Shown: positions 41,187-55,199, counted from the stretch's first letter. The stretch is DNA of 64,000 nt from Octopus vulgaris (GCA_951406725.2 OX597829.1:52142001-52206000); one strand, 5' to 3'. Numbers and translations are program-made. The notes: a model not told the origin generated them from the letters alone.

Positions 41187-41836
41187 ATTATAATTGTTAA
41201 ATTTTAATTTATATAAATTATTTTATGTATTGGCTTAAGTCTTTCTTTGTTTGATTTGCATAATAGTCGTTTTGTCTCTAATATAATATAATATAATATT
41301 TTACTATAAAATCTGATTTTTCCCTGTAAATTTGGATTTATTCCCTAATATTTATTATTATATATATATATATATATATTATTTTTCATCTTTTACCTGT
41401 TTCAGCCATTAGACTGCGGCCATGCTGGGGCACTGCCTTGAAGAACTTTTAGTTGAACGTATCGACCCAAGTACTTTTTAAAGCCTGGTACTTATTCTAT
41501 CGATCTCTTTTGCTGATATATTTGATGGGCTTCGTTCAGTTTCCATCAACCAAATCCACTCACAAGGCATTGGTTGGCCTGAGGCTATAGTAGAAGACAC
41601 TTGCCCAAGGTTCCACACAGTGGGACTGAACCTAGAACCATGTGGTTTGGAAGCAAGCTTCTTACCACACAGCCATGCATATATATATATTATTTCTCAT
41701 CAGTAAATCATAAATCTGAAAGAGAAGCACATTCTAAGTTATACAGCAGTAGAGCAATTAGACAAAGATAGCCACACCATAGACTGGCCATAGCTATCTT
41801 TATCTTATATATATATATATACACATACATACATAC

Positions 41837-41907
<71 letters not shown>

Positions 41908-41959
41908 ATGTATTATAAATAGATGAGTGTATTTTTACCTTGTTAACAATTAACACGGA

Positions 41960-42950
41960 AAAAATAAATAAATAGTTACCAGGGTAGCAAAAATCTCACA
42001 AGTAAAGGTGTTGTAACTTCTTGTTTATAAAGGTAGAAACTTCGTGTTTATGTGGAATTTTTTGTATAATATATGAATAAATAAATGGAGTTTAACGCAG
42101 GTGTAAATCAAATATTTTTACTTTCGACACATGTTTCGAAAATTCCACTGATATTATTCAAAAGAATAAATGGTATAAACAATGCAATATTCTCCAAAGG
42201 AAAGTGAAAAAAGCGAAACTCGTCAATAAGACATTTTAGCAAAAAATGATGGATTTGTATAGCGATTAAGTGAACGCTATTAATATTGTTTAAAAAAACG
42301 TTATATGATATAACGTCATAAGTAGCTAACAGAAAGAGTAGGGTTATTAATAGTGAATGTTAAATATAAAGGAAATTAAAGTTTAAATTATATATAATGA
42401 TAGAGACTACTTATATGCACTAAAGGTGTATTTTTGCCAATGCTTACATCTGTATGCTCGTTCTATAACCGTGTTTCATGATTTTCATAGCCTCAATGTT
42501 GGCTTTCTTAAGTATTCTTTTATCAGCAATTTTATACTTTTTCTGAATTTCTTTTTTAAGTAATTCCAAATAATAGTCTTTATAAAGTTTGTACAGATTT
42601 CCAGTCTTATCAGATTGAACCAACATAGTATCCATAGAATTGATTTCTTTGGTGATGTTGCGAAGATACCTAAGATGTTTATTTCTTAGTGGTGATCGTT
42701 GAAATTTTACATTTCTCACAATGGACCAGAGATCATGTTCAAATTGCTTCAATCTTGGGTTAGGCGGCGGACTATTTTTAGATTTAAATAACTTGTTGAA
42801 CTCAGATGTTTTATCATTAGTGTGTTGTTGAGTGTCATTTTTGTCAAAGAAAAAGGTAAGCCATCTTATTCGGTTGATGAATGAATTTATCTTATTGACA
42901 AGTTGTTTAAGGAAAACATTCTTAGGTGGAATAGGAATGTCCTTAAGAGA
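41960..42950 (-). mobile_element. Naiad-type PLE N-terminal fragment joined to a UTR
   Basis: KDIPIPPK...INRIRWLTFFF...FKSKNSPP...LKQFEHDL...SDKTGNLY. Decayed hammerhead-like motif at 42121-42204. Confidence 0.75.
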
Positions 42951-44390
42951 TGTATATATATATATGTTATTTTACCGTTTTATCAATATATGTATATATA
43001 TATATCATCATCATCGTTTAGCGTCCGCTTTCCATGCTAGCATGGATTGGACGGTTTAACTGGGGTCTGGGAAACCAGGAGGCTGCACCAGGCTCCAGTC
43101 TGATCTGGCAGTGTTTCTACTGCTGGATGCCCTTCCTAACGCCAACCACTCCGTGAGTGTAGTGGGTGCTTTTTACATGCCACCGGCACAGGTGCCAGAC
43201 GAGGCTGGCAAACGGCCACGAACGGATGGTGCTTTTTACATGCCACCGGCACAGGTGCCAGACGAGGCTGGCAAACGGCCACGAACGGATGGTGCTTTTT
43301 ACATGCCACCAGCACGAGGCCAGTTGGGGCGGCGCTGGCAACGGCCACATTCGGATGGTTCTCTTACAGCTGCAATTTCCATTGATGTTGATCGATTTCG
43401 ATATACATATATATAAATAAAACATAAGGATAAAATCTATATAAGATTTTATTGAGTAGCCAGCGGGTGTGTAATTATTGAAGTAAGTCCCATTAAAGTG
43501 TGTAGCTTTTACGCACAGCAATATTCCTTGATATTATAATATATATATATGTATGTATGTACTAGAGTAAGCACATAAATGTGAAACAAGGTGAGAGGAA
43601 ATAGTACTCAAATACCGGAGATAGAGTAATATACTTTGATAATAAAGTATGTGTGTGTGTGATGGGCTTCTTTCAGTTTCCATCTACTCAAAGTTTTGGT
43701 TGACCCAAAGCTATAGTAGAAGGTACTTGTCCAAGGTGCCACACTGGAACTTAACCCAGAACCATGTGGTTTGGAAGCAAACTTCTTACCACAAAGCCAT
43801 TCATTTTTAGACAACATTAAATGGTAGAATGTGAGAGCTTGATCTGGCTGGTTTGAACATAAAATAAGTAGAATATTTGAAGCAGATACGGCTGATTTAA
43901 TTGCTAAAGAATTTTTTTTAAATGGCTAAACCTCTTTCCACTTAAGTGAGCTGCAACCACACATGGCTAATACCTTAGAGATGAGCACAATAAATAGAAC
44001 AACATCAATTTCCTCACTCCTAAAACTCTAGGACCTTAACCAACCACAGTAAAGAAAATCAATATATATTTTATCTATTTCACTGCTTTCTATGTTAATG
44101 ATCTTGGGATAAGTTATTAATGACACAACTATTGATTTCCTTTTTCTCTTTCTCTAAAGTCAATAAGAACAAATACCCACTGATGGATACCTCGGATCAC
44201 AAAAGACAAAGTAATTGACTCTATTTATTAAAGAGTGCTAATGTGCAAGGTTAGTAGTTGCTGACAGAGAGAGGTCACTACAAGAGAGAATGGAAAGTTG
44301 TTTTTTTTTTTATTATTCTGGCTTATTGTGTACTTTGCATGTGTTAGTATGTATGTGTTCAAACAAAGTTTAAATATACATGAACATGTT

Positions 44391-45591
44391 TTAACCCTTT
44401 TGTTACCGTATTTATTTTGAGATGCTCTGTGTTTCTTTCAATTGATTTTAAATATAACAAAGAATTTAGTAAAATAACTTAGTTATCATTAAGCTAATGT
44501 TAGGAACATAAATTGTGATTAATTCAAAACTTATGAAAACAAGACATTTATACTACAGAGTCAGAGCTAGTTTCAGGCATGTTGGTAATGAAAGGGTTAA
44601 GAATTGTTTCTCTATCATATATTTTAACCTTTTAGTTAGTTAGTTAGTTAGTTAGTTAATTTTGGCTCAAAAAGCAAAAAGCAAGGCCATGTAGGGGGAC
44701 ATGGAGTTATGTACAGGGTGGTGTTCATGTAAAGAGTTCAGGCCACTTGTGGTCAAGGGAGACTTTGAACCAAGCGGTCGTCGGCATCCTCACCATCTCG
44801 TCCGGCAGCTTATTCCACGGATCCGCAACCCAGACGGAGAAAGCCCCTCTCCTTCGATTGAGATGAAATCGTCGCAGATAGAGCTTTTTGGAATGACCCC
44901 GCAGCCGACGCTCTAGAGCAGGAGTGAAGAACAGCTCTTTCGAGAGGTTACATTCTCCGCTTATGATGTTGTGAGCAAGAATGAGATCACCACGGCGTCG
45001 GCGTTTTTCTAGAGAATAAAGGTCGAGCATCTTCAGCCTTTCTTCATAAGACAATTTCTTGAGACCAAGAACCATGCGAGTAGCCAGCTTCTGGACTCTT
45101 TCGAGATGCTGTATGTCTTTGAGGAGATAAGGAGAAGAGACTTGAATCCCGTACGCCAATATGGGTCTCACCATAGAGCGGTAGGAATATGGCTGCTGTG
45201 AGCATTCCAAATGACCATCGAATCAAGAACAGAACTCCGCGTGTTTTGTTGGCAGCATGGACGCACTGGGCTGAAGGCGAAAAGGAGGAATCCACCAAGA
45301 TACCCAGGTCCTTTACCTGATTGGTCCTCTCCAGCAGCAGACGACCCGGCTCGAAATCAAGTTGAGTTGCAGCAGGAGAGCCAACAGGTTGAGATGTTCT
45401 GTGTTTCCTTCAATTAATTTTAAATATAACAAAGAATTTAGTAAAATAAATTAGTTATCATTAAGCTAGTGTTAGGAACATAAATTGTGACTAAGGCTTG
45501 GTGGAAGATTTTAATTCAAAACTTATGAAAACAAGACATTTGTGCTCAGAGCCAGACCCGGTTTCCGCTGGGTTGGTAACGAAAGGGTTAA
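44391..45591 (+). mobile_element. Second tandem pair of the same MITE; second unit split by CR1
   Basis: Units 44391-44600 and 44624-44631 plus 45388-45591, with the same spacer GAATTGTTTCTCTAT. Confidence 0.78.
44632..45387 (-). mobile_element. CR1-clade LINE 3' fragment with (CTAA)n tail, inserted in a MITE
   Basis: LERVQKLATRMV...SYEERLKMLDLYSLEKRRRRGDLI...LRGH...WNKLP; (TTAG)n at 44632-44658. Confidence 0.88.
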
Positions 45592-46199
45592 ATAGCATTT
45601 ATTTTGGGATATTTCAGTGGGAAAGATATACTGGACAGAAGAGACTTACAGAAGATAGAATGAGTTATTAGAGAGTAAAAGTTTAAAAAAGAAAACTACT
45701 GTTTACATCCCCATAACTTAGCAGTTCAGCAAAAGAGACTGATAATATAAGTACTAGGCTTCCAAAGAATAAGTCCTGGGGTTGATTTGCTCAACTAAAG
45801 GCGGTGCTCCAGCATGGCCACATTCAAATGACTGAAACAAGTAAAAGAGTAAAATAGTACTCAAAGTGAAATCGAAGTTGATGAGTTTATGAGAAATAGA
45901 GAGTGTTCGTGTTAAATTTGACAGTTTGCATTAAAGGAAAGGAAAACACAATATCACATCCTAAAATAAAAGTATTTAAAAAAAATCAAAAAAATATTAA
46001 AAAAATATTGGGAGAGACAATTTAATCAAAGTTTTTTCTAAAAATAGACAATCACAGCATCAAAATCTTGAAGTTATGAGTAATCTGAATGCTAAACAAT
46101 TAAGTCTCCAAGAGAACACTTAATCCAAGAGGAGTAATGATTTGATGCCAGCATGTAAAAATAAAACGACAACAACAAAAAAAGTTAGTAATGATGATG

Positions 46200-46800
46200 G
46201 GAAAAACATTTGCTTGGTATCATCATATTGAAGCAGAATTCTTTGAGAGACAGGATTCTTTACTTTTCTGTTCAAATATTTCTGGCCTCATTGAAAACAT
46301 GGAGATGTTGTACAAAATGAATGGATGGAAACTCTTCATTGATTCTTCTAATAAATTTAAAGGCTGTTCTTCTGTACAACAACAACACAGCTGCATTTGT
46401 GCCAATTGGTCATAGTGTCCAAATGTCAGAAACTTATGAAAATATGAAGACACTAATAACTGCCATCTAGTACCATAATCACAATTTTCTCATTTGTGGT
46501 GATTTAAAAGTTATTGCTCTGCTACAAAGTCTTCAAGGAGAATACACCTAGTATTCCTGTTTCTTTTGTCTTTGGGATAGTAGGGTAGACAGCCAGCATT
46601 ATGAAAAAATGACTGGACACGAAGAACCAATTTCTCACCCAGAAATCACAACATGAAAGCTGTGCCTCTAGTTGACACCAAAAAAATTCTGTTTGACTAC
46701 ACCTGTGGAAATTTTAAAGTTAGTGAAAATTTTTAAATTTGGTGTATTGATGTAATTTTCCATGCTGAACCCCAACACCTAATTCACTTTTTCCAGAAAC
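46200..46800 (+). mobile_element. DNA transposase remnant (Chapaev3/Transib-like)
   Basis: WKLFIDSS..LKAVLL, ETYENMK, ICGDLKVI, YSCFFCLWDSR. Family assignment from recalled motifs. Confidence 0.6.
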
Positions 46801-48250
46801 ATTTTTAAAAAGAAAGTTTCAGAAACTGAAAGAAGCCCATCGTATATATGTATGTATATGCATGTGTGTGTATATGTTTGTGTGTTCTGTGTTTGTTCCC
46901 CCAACATTGCTTGACAACCGATGGTGGTGTGTTTGTGTCCTTATAACTTAATGGTTCAGCAAAAGAGACCGATAGAATAAGTACTAGGCTTACAAAGAAT
47001 AAGTCCTGGGATCGATTTGCTAGACTAAAGGCTGTGCTCCAGCATGACCACAGTCAAAATTACTGAAACAAGTAAAAGAGTAACTCAACAATATGTAAGA
47101 TCACATCCATGAATAAAAATGAAAGTAAAATTATTCCCAAATGCAGACCAGTGTTATTGTTTATAACACTGTGTGAAATTATCTATATCACATGCTTCTT
47201 TTTATCTGGTTTGTTATACAGACCCAAACAAAATATTGATTTGATTTGGTGCAACATCTGTAGGTGAATTGCCCTGAAGAAAAGATTACTGCACAAAAGG
47301 AGCTTCTGTTGTTGTTGTTTAGCCTAAGTCAGCCCTGAAGGAGCGAACCAAGATCAGTCAGTCTTTTTAGTGTGTCAAAGACTATATTGTGCAATGTATC
47401 CATTCTTTCTTTAAATCAGTAGGGGGTAATTTGAAGGAAATTTTCCAGTTACATTGAGCCAATTTAGAGACCAGGGGATGTGGGATGGGAGCTTTGTTTA
47501 TATGTTTAGAATAGGTAACGGTAATGTTGCTAAATACTTTTTTCTTAGAGTTATACTGAAATTGTTTGTATAATTTTTTTTTATGTGTCTTATCATTTTT
47601 TTATCTTTAGAATTTATTCTTTTAGTTTTTTTTTCCTTATCAACGGAAGTACCCCACAAGACAAGCAACATATGACAGAAGTGAAAACCCATCCAGAATA
47701 GAGAAAGCTTATCAAGTCATGCCAAAGTCATGGACAGTCATAGTCACTAAGTCTGACTGCAGATAACACTTAACAGGATAATCTGAATCTGAAGGGTCAA
47801 AGTGGTAAAGCATAGATTTTTAGCTTTAAATTTATTATTGCAAGTACCCTGATTTTGTCTCTTTGAACTTGTCACCATGAGAATTATATATACATCATCA
47901 TCGCCTTTTTTATGTCTTTCTTTTCAGTGCTTCAGAGAAGATTCGCTGAGATAGATTTTCTAAGGCTTGATGCTCTCCCAGTTACCAACACTAATTTGTT
48001 TTCATTTAAGGAAAAATTTTTTTATCTATTCTAGACCTATGTTTGCAGAAAATTGGAAATGAATGACAGCACTTGAAAGACAGTGAGTGTTAACAATTAC
48101 CTCATGATGTTCAGACAAGTGGAACAAAACTTATTCACATAATAACCTACTTAATATAAATAAATAATACATATATATATATATATATATATGAATGCAT
48201 ATATACATATGAATGCATATTTACATATTGATATGTACATACTTACATCT

Positions 48251-48283
<33 letters not shown>

Positions 48284-48942
48284 CAAATGTGGGCGCAGGG
48301 CATCACAAAACGTGTACAACAAAAAATATGAAGTACAAGTACATGGAATATGAACTATTTTTTCGAACTAGGAAAGACACAATTGGAAAACAAGACAAAC
48401 AACATAAAAAACGACCCTTCATCAGTTGTTGACTGTTTTTCTGCTCTCGTATTTTGAGCATTTAACAACAATATACGCTTTTGATAAAACAGTTGCTCCT
48501 GCAAAGCAAATTAAATAAAGTTTGGGATTTTGTGGAGGGTCAAAATTGGTAACACAAACAGGACAGTGAAAACAAACAGGAAGAGCTGCTAAGCCTAAAT
48601 GAGGTTGTGGTGGCGAATGCATAAATCAAACTTGGACAGGAGACAGACAAGAACATGTCTTCCTTGATACAGCTACAACGGAGACAAAGAAACACAAGTT
48701 AGGAGAAGAAAGATGGCCGATGGTTATGTGGGAGCCACTTGAGCAAGGGAGGAAGAGAGTAACTGTGAAGGGGAGAGGAAAAATTGGAGATAGAATAAGT
48801 GTGAAAAAAATAGGAAGGGGAGAAGGGGAGAAAGAAAGAGAGAAAAGCGAAAGAGTAAAAAGATAGTAGAGTGCACATCAGAATTATTAAGATAAATCTT
48901 ACTTGGAAGAGGATGCATGGCACTCAGTCATAAAATAATATA

Positions 48943-48978
<36 letters not shown>

Positions 48979-49149
48979 TCAGTTGTTTTCATTTAAGGAA
49001 AATTTTTTTTATCTATTCTAGACCTGTGTTTGCAGAAAATTGGAAATGCATGATAGCACTTGAAAGAGAGTGAGTGTTAACAATTACCTCATGATGTTAA
49101 GACAAATGGAACAAAACTTATTCACACACTACCCTTCTTACCTACATAT

Positions 49150-50035
49150 GTGTATATATATATATATATCATCATCATCATCAGCATCGTTTAATGTCCA
49201 CTTTCCATGCTAGCATGGGTTGGACGATTTTGACTGAGGGCTGGCAAGCCAGATGGCTGCATCAGGCTCCAATCTTAATCTGGCAGAGCTTCTACAGCTG
49301 GATGCCCTTCCTAATGCCAACCACTCCGAGAGTGTAGTGGGTGCTTTTTACATGTCACCGGCACGGGGCCCAGTCAGGTGGTACTGGCAATGACCTCACT
49401 CGAATCTTTTTACACGTGCCACCGGCATAGGTGCCAGTGAAGCGACGTTGGTAACGATCATGCTCGGATGGTGCCCTTGTACGTGCCACTGGCATGGAAG
49501 CCAGTTGGCTGCTCTGGCAATGATCATGCTTGGATGGTGCTCTTGGCACCGTACTAGCACAGGCATAAGTGCCAGTAAGGCGACGCTGGTAACGATCATA
49601 CTCGAATAGCCGCTCTGTCAACGATCACACTCGTATGGTGCTCTTTGCACCCCGCTAGCACAGATGCCATTTATCGAATTGATTTTGATTTCACTTGCCT
49701 CAACAGGTCTTCGCAAGCAGAGTTTAGTGACCAGAGAAGGAAAAGGTGCGCAAAAGCAGGCTGATTACGCTCCTGGCATAGGCCACAGGTTATGGTCTCA
49801 TTTGGCTTGCCGGGTCTTCTCGAACACCACATATTTCCAAAAGTCTTGGTCACTAGTCATTTCCTTGGTGAAGCCTAAAGTTCGAAGGTCATGCTTCACC
49901 AATTCATCCCAGGTCTTCCTGAGTCTACCTCTTCCACAGGTTCCCTCAACCGCTAGGGTCTGGCACTTTTTCACACAACTATCCTCATCCATTCTTGCCA
50001 CATGACCATACCAGCGCAGTCATCTCTCTTGCACA
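49150..50035 (-). mobile_element. RTE 3' end with repetitive UTR and (ATG)n tail
   Basis: MDEDSCVKKCQTLAVEGTCGRGRLRKTWDELVK. UTR has ~57-bp subrepeats and a (CAT)n end shared with copies near 8340-8470, 25650-25875, 32405-32880, 43005-43400 and 55900-56368. Confidence 0.8.
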
Positions 50036-50739
50036 TATTATCTGAAATGTACAGTATCATATATCCATTACAACTGATCTTAGCAATAAATTTCGTGCAA
50101 GGAGTATAGTAGAGTGTTAGATAACAATCTGATTATGTAACCTTATGCTTGTCAGAGTTACCTGATATGGAAGGGAATATGTTGGCTGCTCTCTATTGTT
50201 GGAGGTGGACTAATACAAGTGGTTTGCAGTTGTTGTGAAAAAGGTGGTGAAATGAAAAAGGGCCATGGGATTAGGTTAGGAGTTATGTCCCTTGGTTTAG
50301 TGTGCTGTGAGGGCAATAAGAGTTATCTTGAAGTGTTTGTGGGGAAAATGTGCATTATTAAGTGTGGTGCTCCTGTGGGGATGGGGTGTGTGATATGTGC
50401 AGTGGTGTCAAGTGCATAATTTTTTCCAGGTGCGTAGGTATATATAGTTGTGCCCATTGGTCTGTTTTCTTTCTGTATTAGTTAAGGTCGTTAGGGGTTT
50501 TATGTTAGCATGAGGTGTGTAATATCTGCGAGTCTGTGGAGTTTATATGTGTGTGGGGGTACAATGTGTGTGAAGGGGTGTATGTTGGGATGAGTGGCAG
50601 AGAGTCTATTTTGTGGGGTGTCCACTTATAAGGGCATGAGTATGTGTGTGTACATGGGTGCATTGGTGTGTGGTTTCGTCAAAACTCTTTGCCAGGCTTG
50701 TGGGCATTGTTGGAAGCTGAGGCCGGGGACATGTGATTG

Positions 50740-50990
50740 CAGTTATGGTGCTTCCGTTCATGTGGGCAAGGATTAAACACCTTACTCCTGCTATTCAGGT
50801 AAATACCCAGGTGTTGGGTACCCTTTAAAATTGCTCCCTTCTCAACCAGGCACAACTTATACTTCCTGCTGCTATTGAAATGCAGTTTGCATTTTTCCAT
50901 GATCTTCCACTTTATGCTGTATTCTGTGGCGCTTTCTTTCAAAGACCAAACATGATGGATATATGATATTGTACATTTTGGATAATATAC
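50740..50990 (-). mobile_element. Naiad-type PLE EN C-terminal fragment
   Basis: HVWSLKE...YSIKWKI...KLCLVEK...LNSRS...CPH. Confidence 0.7.
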
Positions 50991-51057
50991 CCACTCTATT
51001 GTCAAATAAACAATTGCATCTTCTTCTTGACATATGGACTCTTAGCTGACTCATGTG

Positions 51058-51092
<35 letters not shown>

Positions 51093-51315
51093 CGAGCTGT
51101 TTTGCCTCATGAGGCAAAACAGCTCGCTGCTAGCCAACTTACTTTTCTTTACTATGAGGCAAAACAGCTCGCTGCTAGCCAACTTATTTTTCTTTACTAT
51201 ATACTGAACCTTACAAAGGTCTTGACAATTATTTTGTCGTATTTACATACCGAAATTTACCGGTAAATAATTGTTGGTTACATGAAAAACCACAGGAAAA
51301 TTATTTACCATTTTT

Positions 51316-51355
<40 letters not shown>

Positions 51356-51552
51356 CATATATACATATATACATATATATATATATACATATATGTATAT
51401 GTATTTGTATGTATGTATGTATGTATGTATGTATGTATGTATGTATGTATATATAGTTCAAATTTACAAAAAAACAAAAGACAAATACAGGTGAAGGAAC
51501 AACAAGCAGGTGTATTAGTTTAATGCACCTGAAGAATGGAAAAGTCTTTATA

Positions 51553-52781
51553 CAGGGTCTTACAGATAAATTGAGACCAATTTTAAGCAGTTGACTTCCT
51601 GAGTTTAACATTAAATTTTGTAACAAAACCTTGCTTGCTTGAGAATCTGATCCTCCTCTTTATTCATCAGGTAAATAGTGAACTGATTCAACACCAGAAT
51701 CATTCTGCCATTGCTGTTTTGGCACGCGCTGAGCACACTGCCAATAGAATTAAGTTGATGAAACTTCCTAAAGCAACAGTTTATTGTGTGTATAAACAAT
51801 TTAAAGAAGTGGGAAAGATTAATAGAAAAGAACACAAGACTCAAAGTGATTCCAAATGCAATCCAAAGTTTCTCACTGGCCTCAAACACTTGACTGAAGC
51901 CAATCTATCCACATCCATGACAACTCTTGCAAAGGAATGTAATGTGTCCCTTTCCATGGTGTCCAGAGCTGTGAACAGAAACCTTACCATGACTAGCTAT
52001 GTTCGATGATGCTTGCACCTCCTAACAGCCAAGGCCAAAGCAATCAGAGCCGAGAAATGCCCAAATCTTCTGTCATCATCAAGCACCAAGGTGCAGGAAA
52101 AACTTGAGAAGTTCACTGTGGATGCTGAGGTGAATCACAGAAATTCTTGAATGATTGCATACAACCCTTCTGATACCCCGCTGTGTTTGAGACAAAGAAT
52201 CCTGCCTCAGTGATAGTATTTGGAGCTGTGGTAAATGATGGAAGTGTCATGGATTCACACTTCATTGAGTCTGGCTTCAAGATCAGCACAAAATAGTATC
52301 TGGACATCCTGAAGAACTCTGTTACCTTGGATTGAGAAGAAGTTTTGGCTTGACAATGTGGTACCTATCCAGGATTCTGCATCATGCCAGGTCTTCCTGA
52401 GTGAGAAGGTGTCATTTTTTTGTGAGGGTCAACATCTAGTCCAGTATTAGCCTAGATTTAAACCTTCTTGATAAATTTTTACAGGACATACTTTAAGCAA
52501 GGACCAATGCTTTACCACACTCGAGTGTCAACAGTTTGAAGACCTGCATCATGCATGCGACATGCAAAATCAAAAAGACACACGGTTGCAACAGCTGCAA
52601 AATAATTTCATTCTCGAGTGGAGGCAGTAATTGCCCAAAAGGATGGCCATATTGATTGATAAATGTTTTTGTTGTAACAAATGTTACATTAAATTTATAT
52701 TCTGTCTACTACCATTATTTTAGTATTTATAACCAGTTTTATGCATTGTAAAAATTGCTTCAATGTAAGTGCAAGACCCTG
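51553..52781 (+). mobile_element. Degenerate Tc1/mariner-superfamily transposon (maT/DD37D-like)
   Basis: TA-flanked TIRs CAGGGTCTT(A/G)CA. HTH ORF 51635-52009. Remnants PASVIVFGAVVNDG, YLDILKN and QDSA. Confidence 0.8.
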
Positions 52782-54329
52782 TATATGTATACTTCATTTT
52801 TGTATCTCATTCGCAAGATTCTTTATATGAATTTGTGTGTTGAAACAAATTTTGTTGTGTTTGGGGAGAGTCATACTGCCTTAATGCCATAAGATGTAAC
52901 ACACTTACTGGTTCAATTTTCATTCATTTATTATTTATAATTCTTTTCTTCCAAACTTTTTGTTGCTCTTTGCAACCTTGCCAAAGCATGTTGACTCTGT
53001 CCATTACTGGAGCTACGTTCCTTTTTGTCTGCGTGCATGTGTGAGCGTCAGTGTGCATGTGTATGTATGTATGTGTGTGTGTGTTTCCATCTATGTAGGT
53101 ATGCGTGTATGTATATAATCTGCATATTCATGTGGTGTGCGTGTGTGTACTTGTGTGTGTGTGTATTTGTGTGTGTACCTCTGTTCCTTGAATGTGTTTG
53201 AGTATGTCTATGTGTATGACTTTGTGTGACTATGTACTTGTATTTGTTATATGGGTGTATATCTCCATGTCTTTGTATGCGTGTATAGTCATGTATGCGT
53301 GTATGCATGTATGCGTGTATAGTCATGTTACCATCTCCCTTTGTGTGTGTGTTTGCTTGTCTGTCCGTATTGCCTATGTATCTATCTATCTTCTTACCTA
53401 TGTATCTAATTGTTTACCTACTTATCCAGTTACCTACTCATATATCAACTACATATGTGGAAATCTGTGGGTGTGTTCGTTTATGGAGTTGTTACCTAAC
53501 TCCTTCTATATCGTTTTATCGATTTTGATGAAACTTGACACGTGAGTAGAACTCATGTCTGGAAAACTAGTGACATACTTAGATTGTTGAAAAAATCGAT
53601 AATAGGGCCCCTGGAAAGGAGTCTTATATCCATTAATATATTATTTCTAAACATTCAAGGGAAATAACTCATTCGCTCCTGAAAGGGATCCTTACATATA
53701 GCCAAGGGAAATAATCCATTCATTTTCGTAAATTATTTCATATAAATCAAATTGAATATGCCTATTTCTTAGTATTTCAACTGTTTGAGTTACTTTCACA
53801 ATTTATCCAGTACAACACTTAAACAGGTAAATAGTATTTTCCTAAACAATAGATCCACTTATTTTGGTTAGTGACTTATACATGAATATACCAACACTAG
53901 CGCCGCTGAGGGTAATATTCTCTGCAAACGCAGAAAAACTTTTTCCAGAGTTATTAACTTTGAATTGTTATTATCTCATATCTGATTAGCCTGTTATTAT
54001 GTAACATACGTCACGATTTTAGTGTACATACCTTATTAGTATTTCCTCCTAAGTTCTATATACTCTGGGAATGTATTAAATCCCTTTTTGGGGCTATTTT
54101 ATTTGAATTCTTACTATTGGGTAATTAATTTCATGTTATTACATAACTGACTTTACAATTTGGGTATTCATAACTTATTGGGAATTCCTAAAAACAAGAT
54201 TCTGTGTAAGACAGATTGGTATTCTCAATAAATGCACAACAACCGTTTTAAGGGCTACATACTCTGTATTGTTGTTACTGGATTATTGAAACAATTATGA
54301 GAATGGAACCAAGGGATAAGCCCTGCTTT

Positions 54330-54557
54330 CCTGGGAATTCTTATCTGCTTCCCCTCTTGCTAGATAGACCTGTCTCCTAGCTTCCCTTTTGGCAGTCTGA
54401 TATAATTCCCTGTTACCACCATTCTTCCAGTCCTTCCAAGCCTGTCTCTTTTCTCTAATAGCCCTGTCTACAACATTGTTCCACCACCATGTTGCCTTGG
54501 GACGAGAGGGGACTTTGCACCAGCCACAGATCTGGTCAGTGGCTCTCAGCAGGTTGT

Positions 54558-54560
<3 letters not shown>
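54330..54560 (-). mobile_element. RTE-like LINE internal fragment
   Basis: ATWWWNNVVDRAIREKRQAWKDWK...YQTAKREARRQV. Confidence 0.7.
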
Positions 54561-54626
<66 letters not shown>

Positions 54627-55199
54627 AACACATACATTCAAAGACATCTATATATGTACATGTTCATATTTGTACACACACACCACACATACATAAGTAC
54701 ACATTTTGATTTTTTTTAAAAATTAATATAATTACAGATACATCTGTACGGTTAAATAAATTTGGAAAGTTTTGGTTATTTTAGCCACTACTCTTGATTT
54801 GTGTCCAAGTATTTGTACTTCAGACTGCAAAATGGAATTTTAAAAAAGCAATACACAATGCTGTCACAATTATATTTCCAAATTCATCTATTTCTGGTTG
54901 GCTGTTTTGTTTTGAATATATTTTAAAGCTCTAATCTAGAATTTTCTAAAGGAGAAACAGAGCCAAGTACAGAAGAAAGTAGCTGTTCTTATGGAATTTC
55001 AGAATCTGGAGTGTTTTGCAAGGTCCAACAAGAAAGTGGTTAAAAGTTTTTAGCAATGCTTTGAGATCATCTTTTATATATATACGGTCAAAATCATTGA
55101 ATTCTCATAGGTGGAATTTCAAAAAAATATATAGGTATGTTAATTTTTGTTGCGGACTTTTTTGTGAGGTATAGTTCTGTTATCTTTCGGAACTTTGAA

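Larger units (their letters stand above)
40946..41293. repeat. ~350-bp palindrome of two PLE-type 3' ends, inserted in (TA)n
   Basis: Arms 40946-41114 and 41126-41293 are near-perfect reverse complements with an 11-nt spacer. A one-sided tail runs to ~41357. Confidence 0.93.

Noticed and set aside
44632-44658. (TTAG)n as a telomeric repeat
   Set aside because: Short, not TTAGGG, and located at the 3' tail of a CR1 fragment.
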